The notes beneath the pieces were generated by a model that did no database searches, was not told the DNA's origin, and worked only from the letters and a program-made list of their open reading frames with translations. Below, piece after piece: positions 33,082 through 43,423 of a stretch of DNA of 64,000 nucleotides. Position numbers and translations under genes: made by a program. The stretch lies in the NCBI GenBank assembly GCA_029941885.1, contig JAPYTP010000002.1, positions 845 through 64,844 on the forward strand. Direction: 5' to 3'. Each line of letters opens with the position of its first letter. The first letter of the stretch is position 1. The stretch comes from Myxococcota bacterium (lineage in GTDB: Bacteria; Myxococcota_A; UBA9160; UBA4427).

Positions 33082-33945
33082 CTACGCGCGCTCTCCCTCG
33101 GGGCGTTCGAGATCGACGTCTGCCCGAGGCGATGTTAGGCCGCCGGTCAAGACGGGTGGTTTGCGCGGCGGCGTCGTGAGGGCCAGTTGTGCGAGCAGCT
33201 CGTCGGCGAGTTTCACATACGCTGCCGCGCCTTTCGAATGGATGTCGTAGAGAAGGATGGGCTGACCATGGCTGGGCGCTTCGGACAGTCGAATATTTCT
33301 CGGAATGCGCGTGCGGTAGACCTTGTCACCGAAATGGCTTCGTACCTCGGCTTCCACCTGGCGACTGAGATTGTTTCGCTGATCGACCATCGTGAGGACG
33401 ATTCCCTGAATGTCGAGCCGAGGGTTCAGCTGGCCTTTTACGAGATTCACCGTTTCGACCAGATTGGCCAGTCCTTCGAGGGCGTAGTATTCGCATTGGA
33501 GAGGGATCAGCACTGCGTCCGAGGCGGTGAGCGCGTTCAGGGTCAGGAGTCCCAGCGAAGGGGGACAGTCGATCAAGATGATTTCGTAGGCTTGTCCGAT
33601 TGCCCTGATCGATTCGTCCAGCCGGTATTCCCGGGCGTCTTTGGCGACGAGTTCTATTTCGGCTCCCACGAGGTCTCTTCCCGCCGGCACCACGTGCACG
33701 GTCTCGAGTTCCGTCTCGTAGGCACAGTGGGTGAGTGGCGATTCGTCGATCAGGGCGTCGTAGATCTGTCGCTCGGCGTTCGTGATTCCGTACGCGCTGC
33801 TCGCGTTGGCCTGAGGATCCATGTCGATGAGCAGGGTGGGGCGCTCGGCTGCACCGAGACAAGCAGCCAGATTGACGGCTGTTGTCGTCTTGCCGACACC
33901 ACCCTTCTGGTTCACCACCGCAATCACAAACGGACTCGATGCCAT
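33082..33945 (-). CDS. parA: chromosome partitioning ATPase ParA/Soj
   Basis: Deviant Walker A NQKGGVGKTTT. Trimmed to the ATG at 33945. It carries a ~35-aa Pro-rich C-terminal tail. Confidence 0.95.
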   Translation of the reverse strand: MASSPFVIAVVNQKGGVGKTTTAVNLAACLGAAERPTLLIDMDPQANASSAYGITNAERQIYDALIDESPLTHCAYETELETVHVVPAGRDLVGAEIELVAKDAREYRLDESIRAIGQAYEIILIDCPPSLGLLTLNALTASDAVLIPLQCEYYALEGLANLVETVNLVKGQLNPRLDIQGIVLTMVDQRNNLSRQVEAEVRSHFGDKVYRTRIPRNIRLSEAPSHGQPILLYDIHSKGAAAYVKLADELLAQLALTTPPRKPPVLTGGLTSPRADVDLERPEGERA

Positions 33946-34127
33946 TCGGTCTTCTCGCTTGGTCAGGGGGGGGGACTCGTTTGCCAAGCGAAGCCACACT
34001 CTACCCCCCCCCCGGAGGAGTCGGTGACTGCGCGGGCCGAACGAGGGCCCGTGTCGGGTTTGGTAACACAGCGGGGGTCGAATGCGAGTGTGGCGTGTCC
34101 GCAGGAGCCCCGAATCGGCAGATCGCC

Positions 34128-34793
34128 CTATTTCTCAGCTCCCTGCGCGATCCAGAGCCGGCGAAGAGTGCCCGTATGCGGCACTCGGTATTCTCGAAGC
34201 AACAGGTCCTGGAATCCATCTGGACACGGGGGTCGCGAGGCGGTCTCTGAAGCCGGAAGAACGAGGATCGAACCTGCGTGGGACCATTGAGCCATCATCG
34301 TGAGTGCCTGTCGTGGCTGGGTCATCGCTTGTGCAATCACGATGTCACAGGGAACCTGCTCGATTTCATTGGATCTACCCAAGATGGTCGCGACGTTCTC
34401 GAGCTCCAGGCGGCGACGCGCTTCACGCTGAAAGTGGTGTCGTTTGAGTCGCGAATCGACCAGGAGCACATTGACTTGAGAATTGAGGATCGCGATTGGT
34501 AGACCTGGGAACCCTGCGCCACTTCCAAGATCAGCCAGCGTCTTTGATTCCGAGATTTCCGGAAGACAAGCGACCAGTGCCGCTGCGTCGAGAATGAGAC
34601 GCGATGCCATCTCGAGAGGACCCGTATGCCCGGTCAGATTGATGCGACTGGCCCAATGGTCGAGCAAGCCCACCAACTCGGCGAGTTGTTCGAGCTGCTT
34701 TTGGGTGTACGGCAGTGCGAGTTCGGTGAGGCCCTGCTCAAGCATAGAAAAGACGGCGTTCTCGCTGAGTTGTCGAGAGCCGCCGCCTTTCAT
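34128..34793 (-). CDS. rsmG: 16S rRNA (guanine527-N7)-methyltransferase RsmG
   Basis: WASRINLTG and SAM motif LADLGSGAGFPGLP. An alternative start lies at the ATG at 34745. Confidence 0.9.
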   Translation of the reverse strand: MKGGGSRQLSENAVFSMLEQGLTELALPYTQKQLEQLAELVGLLDHWASRINLTGHTGPLEMASRLILDAAALVACLPEISESKTLADLGSGAGFPGLPIAILNSQVNVLLVDSRLKRHHFQREARRRLELENVATILGRSNEIEQVPCDIVIAQAMTQPRQALTMMAQWSHAGSILVLPASETASRPPCPDGFQDLLLREYRVPHTGTLRRLWIAQGAEK

Positions 34794-34802
34794 TCTGCGC
34801 TC

Positions 34803-34818
34803 CGTTCCACGGGGAACG
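34803..34818. promoter_or_regulatory. parS-like site A (CGTTCCACGGGGAACG)
   Basis: 13/16 match to the GC-rich parS form TGTTCCACGTGGAACA. The 14-bp core is identical to site B in inverted orientation. Confidence 0.6.
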
Positions 34819-34859
34819 TTTCATCCCGAGTGGAATATCAGATCCGTGGTCCCGATCTC

Positions 34860-34875
34860 TGTTCCCCGTGGAACA
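34860..34875. promoter_or_regulatory. parS-like site B (TGTTCCCCGTGGAACA)
   Basis: 15/16 match to TGTTCCACGTGGAACA. It is intergenic between rsmG and jag, about 0.9 kb from parA. Confidence 0.65.
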
Positions 34876-34910
34876 CAGGAGACCCGGCTAGAGGAGTCCG
34901 GATCAGGGCA

Positions 34911-35897
34911 TCAAGCAGACTCTTCGACCGCCTCGTCGTACTCCGGAGCCCCTTCTGGCACCACGAGAACCTGGCGATACCGCCCCTCACCGATGCTCAT
35001 CGTCGCGACATTCTCGATCTCGCGGATCGTGATGTGGATGGTACGTCGGTCTCGTCCATTCATCGGATCCAGCGCGATCGATCGTCCCGTCTCCCTGGCC
35101 CGCTTGACTGCACGATCCGCGAGACGGCCCAGCGTCTCTTCCCGCTCATCCCCCGCACCCTCGACATCCACAACGATCCGCGGGGAGTCTTCGTCTTGAC
35201 GCATCGCGACCTGGTTTGCAATCAGCTGAAGGGCGTCCGTCCCGCGACCGTCGCCCGCTTGAAGTGTATCCGCCGCCGCGCCGCTCAGCTGGTAGATCAG
35301 GAAGTCGCCCTCACTCGACTCAGAGATCTCGAAAGACCCGAGTTTCATGCGCTCGACGGCACCCATCACGAACTTTCCGATAGGCTGGATTTCCCCCTTG
35401 GGGGTACCCTTCGAATCCGCCACCGATGCACGTTCGGGGGCCTCAAGAGTTTCCCGGGGGGCCTCTCTACTACCCCGGTCGCCTCCGCGCTCCGCTCGGC
35501 CGCCTCGGCCACGTCCCTCGCCTCGACCCCCGCGCTCGCGGCCCTCGCCTCGGTCGCCTCGATCCCGCCGTGGACCCCGATCATCTCCGCGACCGCGTCC
35601 GCGCTCTCGACCGCCGCGGTCACCGCGGTCACCGCGGTCACCGCGATCGCCGCGATCGCCGCGATCGCCGCGATCACGATCTCCGCCACCACTGCTCGGA
35701 CGTGGACCTCGAGCCGCGACGTCCTTCGGAACCGCTACGACAACAGCCCGACCCGCAGTTCCAAAGATCTCACCGTCGGGTGCGACGATGAATTTCAATT
35801 CGCTCTCTTCCTTCCCGAAGAACTCCACCGCCTGTGCGCGTGCATCTTCGAGGCTATCCCCAACGAACTCGTTCGGTTCCTGGCGCTGGTCGTACAT
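34911..35897 (-). CDS. jag: Jag/KhpB-type RNA-binding protein (Jag_N + KH + R3H) with RG/RGD-rich insert
   Basis: Jag_N-like start, then a ~90-aa Arg/Gly/Asp linker, then a KH-like region and the R3H end (MNGRDRRTIHITI). It sits downstream of yidC, as in many genomes. Confidence 0.85.
   Translation of the reverse strand: MYDQRQEPNEFVGDSLEDARAQAVEFFGKEESELKFIVAPDGEIFGTAGRAVVVAVPKDVAARGPRPSSGGGDRDRGDRGDRGDRGDRGDRGDRGGRERGRGRGDDRGPRRDRGDRGEGRERGGRGEGRGRGGRAERGGDRGSREAPRETLEAPERASVADSKGTPKGEIQPIGKFVMGAVERMKLGSFEISESSEGDFLIYQLSGAAADTLQAGDGRGTDALQLIANQVAMRQDEDSPRIVVDVEGAGDEREETLGRLADRAVKRARETGRSIALDPMNGRDRRTIHITIREIENVATMSIGEGRYRQVLVVPEGAPEYDEAVEESA
35615..35677. repeat. seven tandem 9-nt units (CCGCGGTCA x3, CCGCGATCG/A x4) inside jag
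   Basis: Read directly. The units encode the (DRG)n run of the Jag linker. Confidence 0.85.
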
Positions 35898-35950
35898 CGT
35901 TGTCTCTCAATCTCGCCTTGCCGGCGTGTTATGTCACCGCGAGTCGGCGT

Positions 35951-37672
35951 TCAGCTCTTCGCCTGCAGGTGATTCCGAACCCAATATTGATGAGCGATGC
36001 CGAGGAGGTTGCTCACCGTCCAGTAAAGAACGAGTCCGGATGGAAAGGTGTATGAAATAAAAAGCATCATGCCCGGCATCATGATCAACATCATGCGCGC
36101 CTGAACCGGATCCATCCCAGTCTGCGGCATCATCTTCTGCTGGGCGAACATGCTCGCGCCCATGATGAGCGGGAGTACACGAATCGGAAAATCGAGCCCT
36201 GGCAATGTGAAAAGGGTCGCCGGCTGCGATAGATCATCGATCCAAAAAACGAAAGGCGCGTGCCGCAGGCCTATCGAAGTTCTCAACGCATAGAAGAGTC
36301 CAATCAACACCGGCATCTGGAGCACAAGGGGAAGGCACCCGCCGAGCGGGTTGATGCCCTCTTCCTTGTAGAACTTCATCATCTCTTCGGACTGCTTCTG
36401 TTTGTCGTCCTTGAAGCGCTCCTGAAGCGCCTTGAGCTTCGGCTGAACTTCACGCATCCGCTCTGCGGACCGCATCTGTCGAACCATCAGCGGCGAAGTC
36501 ACAATTCGCACGAGGATCGTGAGCACGATGATCGCGAACCCGTAATTCGGAATGAACTGGTACAGCTTGTCGAGGGCAATTTCGAAGAATCGAGTCAGTG
36601 GCTCGAGCCAGCTCCAACCGCGGTCCACCGATTTTCCTAGATCCGCATTCGCCTGTGAGAGAGCATCGACCGTCTTCGGCCCCAGGAATCCGCGCAGGGA
36701 TTCGACCGCCACACCGCCGGAGGCAACGCCTATCCCCGGAAGCGTTACACGCGCAATCGCGCTCTCCCCTTCTTCGACAGCCGAAAACTGCACATCGAGC
36801 CGCGATCGGTCCTCGGGGTCGATGATGAGGCCCGCGAAATATCGCACGTCGAAGCCGGCCCACTTCGAGCGGCCTTCCACATGCTCGGTGCCATCACCGT
36901 TCTCCCCGAAGCTGAAGAAGCCGGGTTGGCCGATCGCCTGAACGAAGTTCCGGGTCACACCCACTTCCTCACCGTACGCGATCAGCGACGTCTCGAGGAA
37001 ATCGTCACGCTTCGAAGTACGCGCGGGCACGAGTACCTCGAAGCGCGCGTCGACCGGATCCGTGCGGTGGCTCTCGAAGGACAGTTCGAGATCGAAGCCA
37101 TAGCCTTCGTCATCGAGGCGAAAGGTCCTGGTGAGGACCCCGGCGGAGTTCTCGGCGCGTTGCACAACTTCGCGTGGGGATTCGCGAAGAATTTCGAAGT
37201 GCGAATTGGCAAAGCTCGCACCGGAAATGCCCACCACGTCCGTTAGCATCACCGGGAGTTCGGGATCCAGCAACTCGATCGGAACATCGCCATCGGGCAG
37301 GCGCTCGTTGTAGTCCAGAAGGGTCCAGCTCGCGATCAATGCGGGGCCATTCGAGATCTTGGCCACGACTTGTTCATTCTGGAGAGTGGCCAGTGAAAGC
37401 GGGATGATTCGTGCCGGAGAATCGACGCGTGTCGGCGCGGAATTCGCGGTACGCGAGTCGGAACGTGCCACCGCGCGAGAGTCGCCCGTCTCGTACCGGT
37501 CAGTCTGCGAGTAGTCACTCGTTCCAGAAGCGTTGGCACGGGAATCTGTTTCGGGTGAAGTCTGTGACTCCGCCTCCAGCGCGAAATCGACGCGCCGATC
37601 CTCCTGGTACATGACATAGGTCACGAACACCATCATGGAGAGCGCGAATGCGAGGACTGTGTTCCGATCCAC
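35951..37672 (-). CDS. yidC: membrane protein insertase YidC
   Basis: ORF 35951..37942 trimmed to the GTG at 37672, 26 nt after the yidD stop. N-terminal TM, large periplasmic domain and conserved C-terminal core (GCLPLVLQMPVLIGLFY). Confidence 0.9.
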   Translation of the reverse strand: MDRNTVLAFALSMMVFVTYVMYQEDRRVDFALEAESQTSPETDSRANASGTSDYSQTDRYETGDSRAVARSDSRTANSAPTRVDSPARIIPLSLATLQNEQVVAKISNGPALIASWTLLDYNERLPDGDVPIELLDPELPVMLTDVVGISGASFANSHFEILRESPREVVQRAENSAGVLTRTFRLDDEGYGFDLELSFESHRTDPVDARFEVLVPARTSKRDDFLETSLIAYGEEVGVTRNFVQAIGQPGFFSFGENGDGTEHVEGRSKWAGFDVRYFAGLIIDPEDRSRLDVQFSAVEEGESAIARVTLPGIGVASGGVAVESLRGFLGPKTVDALSQANADLGKSVDRGWSWLEPLTRFFEIALDKLYQFIPNYGFAIIVLTILVRIVTSPLMVRQMRSAERMREVQPKLKALQERFKDDKQKQSEEMMKFYKEEGINPLGGCLPLVLQMPVLIGLFYALRTSIGLRHAPFVFWIDDLSQPATLFTLPGLDFPIRVLPLIMGASMFAQQKMMPQTGMDPVQARMMLIMMPGMMLFISYTFPSGLVLYWTVSNLLGIAHQYWVRNHLQAKS

Positions 37673-37697
37673 GAAATTGAAGCCTTCTCGAAGCGGT

Positions 37698-38048
37698 CTA
37701 GGGAACCGGATCGTATCCGCCTGGGTGAAAGGGGTGGCAGCGCAGTAGTCGTCGTACACCGAGCAGCGAGCCGCGCCAGAAACCGTGGCGGGCAATCGAC
37801 TCCTCGGTAAACGCCGAGCAGGAGGGTTCGAAGCGACATCCCGAACCGAGCAGAGGTCGAATCGCGCCTCGATAGAAAAAGAAGAGCCCCCCGACGAACG
37901 GATTCGCACGCGGCGAACGCGATCGGGTCGGGGACGATTCACGGGTCGCTCGAGCGTCGAGCCGAGAGTCAGTCACGTCCAACGCGCCCGCGGGGGGCCA
38001 TCCTACGTGGAGCGGTTCTATTTCAGTGCTGATCGAGGTGGATTCCAT
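37698..38048 (-). CDS. yidD: membrane protein insertion efficiency factor YidD
   Basis: [29 protein letters not shown]. The N-terminal ~45 aa may not be translated. Confidence 0.85.
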   Translation of the reverse strand: MESTSISTEIEPLHVGWPPAGALDVTDSRLDARATRESSPTRSRSPRANPFVGGLFFFYRGAIRPLLGSGCRFEPSCSAFTEESIARHGFWRGSLLGVRRLLRCHPFHPGGYDPVP

Positions 38049-38064
38049 CTTCCCCTCGGGGTGC

Positions 38065-38475
38065 CTATTCTACGCTCTGATCGATGGGCGCAAGACCCAG
38101 GAGACGACTGAGCCGCTCGTCGAGTTCGTCAAAGGACAGCTTCGACCCGGAACGCCGAGCGATCACCACGAGATCGACGTCTCGGCCGAGATCGCCACGG
38201 CGGCGACGAAACCACTCTCGCGTCCGACGTTTGAAGCGGTTCCGGATGACCGCGTTGCCGACCTTTCGGCTCGCCGTGATCCCAAGTCGACTTCCCATGT
38301 GCAATAAGGATTCTAAGTGATTGTTTTTATTTGATTCTTCTCGACGTGGAGTCGTGATTACGACCACGTCCTGGGACGCACGTCTACGCCCACGACGCAG
38401 AACGCGTCGAAAATCCTTGGAGTCCAGGAGTCGATCCGACGGTTCGAAGGGGCCGGTCGTGTCGATGGACATCAT
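38065..38475 (-). CDS. rnpA: RNase P protein component
   Basis: [17 protein letters not shown] (RNR motif), and its position between rpmH and yidD. Confidence 0.85.
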   Translation of the reverse strand: MMSIDTTGPFEPSDRLLDSKDFRRVLRRGRRRASQDVVVITTPRREESNKNNHLESLLHMGSRLGITASRKVGNAVIRNRFKRRTREWFRRRRGDLGRDVDLVVIARRSGSKLSFDELDERLSRLLGLAPIDQSVE

Positions 38476-38541
38476 ATTCGGATCCGACTTCGCCGCGAGG
38501 GCGAGAGCCCGAACGACACTGAGCTGAGCGCCAAGAAGCCG

Positions 38542-38691
38542 CTACTTGGACGCGACGGTCGCGGCGAGTCGCTTGCGACCCTTGGCTCGGCGGCGCTTCA
38601 AAATGGCGCGTCCCGCCTTGGTCTTCATCCGCTCACGGAATCCGTGCTTGCGGAGACGTTTGATTCGACTGGGCTGAAATGTCCGCTTCAT
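38542..38691 (-). CDS. rpmH: 50S ribosomal protein L34
   Basis: Not in the ORF track (49 aa). My translation is [49 protein letters not shown]. Confidence 0.95.
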   Translation of the reverse strand: MKRTFQPSRIKRLRKHGFRERMKTKAGRAILKRRRAKGRKRLAATVASK

Positions 38692-39231
38692 CTCTGCGGA
38701 TCCTCACTCTCTCTCGCGGTCTGCTCGCGATATCGGCGCGTTCGACGCTTTCTCTCTCGTGGACCCCTGCCCACCACTACACCGCCGAGACTGCACCAAA
38801 ACGGAGGTTCGTTCGTTTGGAAAAGTGCTCGGGAGCAACCAAGGGCACGTCGACCCGTCACCATGTACGCGGTGTGCACGTGAAGAAGGGGCCGAGTTGG
38901 GGAGCGCGGGAGCTTACCGGGGAGTCTCAGGGCCTGTCAATGCGCCGTTTTCCTGGACCTTTCGCCCTGTCCCCGTGCTTCGATGGGGCGGCGATCCGGC
39001 GATTCACAACGCACCTGGCTCCGCGGGGCCTCGCCCGTGTTACTCTGCCGACAGAAACAGAGAAGCCAAGTCGATCGCTCCAAATGTTGTCGATTCCATC
39101 GCCCCTCGATCGCAACCGGGCACACCGGAAACTCCAATTTCCGCGACGGGTTGAACCATTTTTGTCCGATCGGCTGTCACTTCCTACTACTACTCTTTAA
39201 TTAACTTTTTCCAAACCAGAAGAGAGAGCGG
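38692..39231. other. candidate replication origin region (rpmH | dnaN divergent gap, no dnaA)
   Basis: 540-nt non-coding gap at the point where gene orientation switches from minus to plus. It holds an AT-rich tract (39190-39215) and an inverted pair of TTTTCCAAAC (38815-38824 and 39207-39216). No perfect DnaA box was seen. Confidence 0.4.
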
Positions 39232-40356
39232 ATGAAACTCTCGATTACAAAGTCCGAGTTCCTTCGCGGTCTCGGTCGGATCCAGTCGATCGTCGAGAAG
39301 CGAAACTCGATGCCGATTCTCGCGAATACACTGATCGAAGCACCGACCGTCGGGGAGGATGCAAAGCTCCAGCTTGCTGCGACCGATCTCGAAGTCGGTG
39401 TCCGTAGTCAACATCCGGCCGTCGTCACGGAAGCCGGAGGACTCACGGTCTCGGCCAAGAAGCTCTTCGAAATCGTTCGCGAGCTCTCGGATGAAACGAT
39501 CAATCTCGAAGCGACGGCCAACTCGTACCTCGAGATCCGTTGCAATCGAAGTCGCTTCACGTTGGCGGGGACCACAGCCGAAGAATATCCCACACTCCCC
39601 GAATTCAGTCCGGAGAAGACGGTTCCGGTGTCTGCTGCGATTCTTAGCGCGATGATCGAACGCACGATGTATGCGGCTTCGGTCGACGAGACCCGATACA
39701 ATCTGAACGGTGTCTATCTCGAGGTGCTGGGAGGGCCTGGAGAGATTCGCCTCGTCGCCACCGATGGACATCGGCTCGCATGCGTCGATCGAGAGATCGA
39801 AGGCGATGTGAGCGCACTGGCAAGCGGTGTCATCATTCCTCGCAAGGGACTCGGTGAGTTGAAGCGTCTCGTGGACGAGGATGATGCCGAAGAGATCGAA
39901 CTCGCATTCGCGAACAACAGTGGTCTTGCTCGCAAGGGTGACGTGACACTCGTGATGCGTTTGATCGAGGGCGAGTTTCCGAATTACAATCAGGTGATTC
40001 CCAAGAATCTCACGCGACATCTCATCCTACCCACGGATTCGCTGGTGCAAGCAGTGAGGCGTGTCGCGCTCTTGTCGTCGGAGCGGAGTCGCGCGGTCAA
40101 GCTCGAACTCTCGGATGGCCAGCTGGTGATCACATCCAACAATCCCGATCTCGGGGATGCCCGTGAAGAGCTGGACATCGATTATGCGGGTGAGCCGCTA
40201 TCGATCGGATTCAACGCGCGTTATCTGCTGGACGCGATCAACGCAATCCAGATGAAAGAGATCCGATTCTCCTTCCAGGATGAACTCTCCCCCTCTCGGA
40301 TCACGCCTCCGGATGATGAAAAGACGCTGGCGGTCGTGATGCCGATGAGAATCTGA
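39232..40356 (+). CDS. dnaN: DNA polymerase III beta sliding clamp
   Basis: 374 aa. The MKLSITKSEFLRGLGRIQSIVEKRNSMPILANTLIE start is typical of DnaN. Confidence 0.95.
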   Translation: MKLSITKSEFLRGLGRIQSIVEKRNSMPILANTLIEAPTVGEDAKLQLAATDLEVGVRSQHPAVVTEAGGLTVSAKKLFEIVRELSDETINLEATANSYLEIRCNRSRFTLAGTTAEEYPTLPEFSPEKTVPVSAAILSAMIERTMYAASVDETRYNLNGVYLEVLGGPGEIRLVATDGHRLACVDREIEGDVSALASGVIIPRKGLGELKRLVDEDDAEEIELAFANNSGLARKGDVTLVMRLIEGEFPNYNQVIPKNLTRHLILPTDSLVQAVRRVALLSSERSRAVKLELSDGQLVITSNNPDLGDAREELDIDYAGEPLSIGFNARYLLDAINAIQMKEIRFSFQDELSPSRITPPDDEKTLAVVMPMRI

Positions 40357-40833
40357 ATCGACGGAACGACCTGGCCGGGTAACCCAGCGGCGGCCGTGGT
40401 TTCGGCGCGTCGATCGAGAGATTTCCAGCCGGGACGAGGCGTCTCTGGCCCGGCACCGGAGCGAGTTTCTGAAATTGCTCTCGCATGAGGCCGGAACAAT
40501 TCCCCCAGGGAAACCCATGTCGGCGCGAGAAGGCTTGCCCACGGGCCGGAGAACGGCGTCTGGGATCGGTAATCGGCGATTCTCGCCTTTGCTTGACCCT
40601 CGGGGTTTAGGTACTCTCCCAGAGCATCTGAGGGGCATTGGGGGACGGGGGCGCCGGTCTCGAGACGCCCACAGGAAGTTCCGGAACAGACAAAGCCGTA
40701 GTCACTCAGAGCAGCCAAACGGCATACACAAGCAGTCGGGTGTCGGTCTTGGGCGCAGGTCAAAATCTGTGGGGACGCCATCTCCCAGAACGCGATTCGC
40801 CAACCGGATCCGCTACATGCGCCAATGCCGTGA

Positions 40834-43332
<2,499 letters not shown>

Positions 43333-43423
43333 GATGTTCTCATGCGATCGAAAGAACCCCGGAAGCCCCGGAGTGAGTTCCGGCCCAAAACGATCGCACC
43401 GACAGATGGGTAGATAGAAAACC

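Noticed and set aside
35615-35677. CRISPR-like or other interspersed repeat arrays (9-nt repeats in jag, the 10-mer repeat at 14276).
   Set aside because: The units are head-to-tail without spacers and far shorter than CRISPR repeats. No cas genes are present in the window.
39190-40020. 276-aa ORF antisense to dnaN.
   Set aside because: It is fully contained in the dnaN coding region and has no recognisable motifs. The dnaN identity is unambiguous.
40678-40687. GTTCCGGAAC palindrome as a third parS site.
   Set aside because: It lacks the central CACGTG-type core; the half-sites are 4 nt too close together compared with the 16-bp parS.
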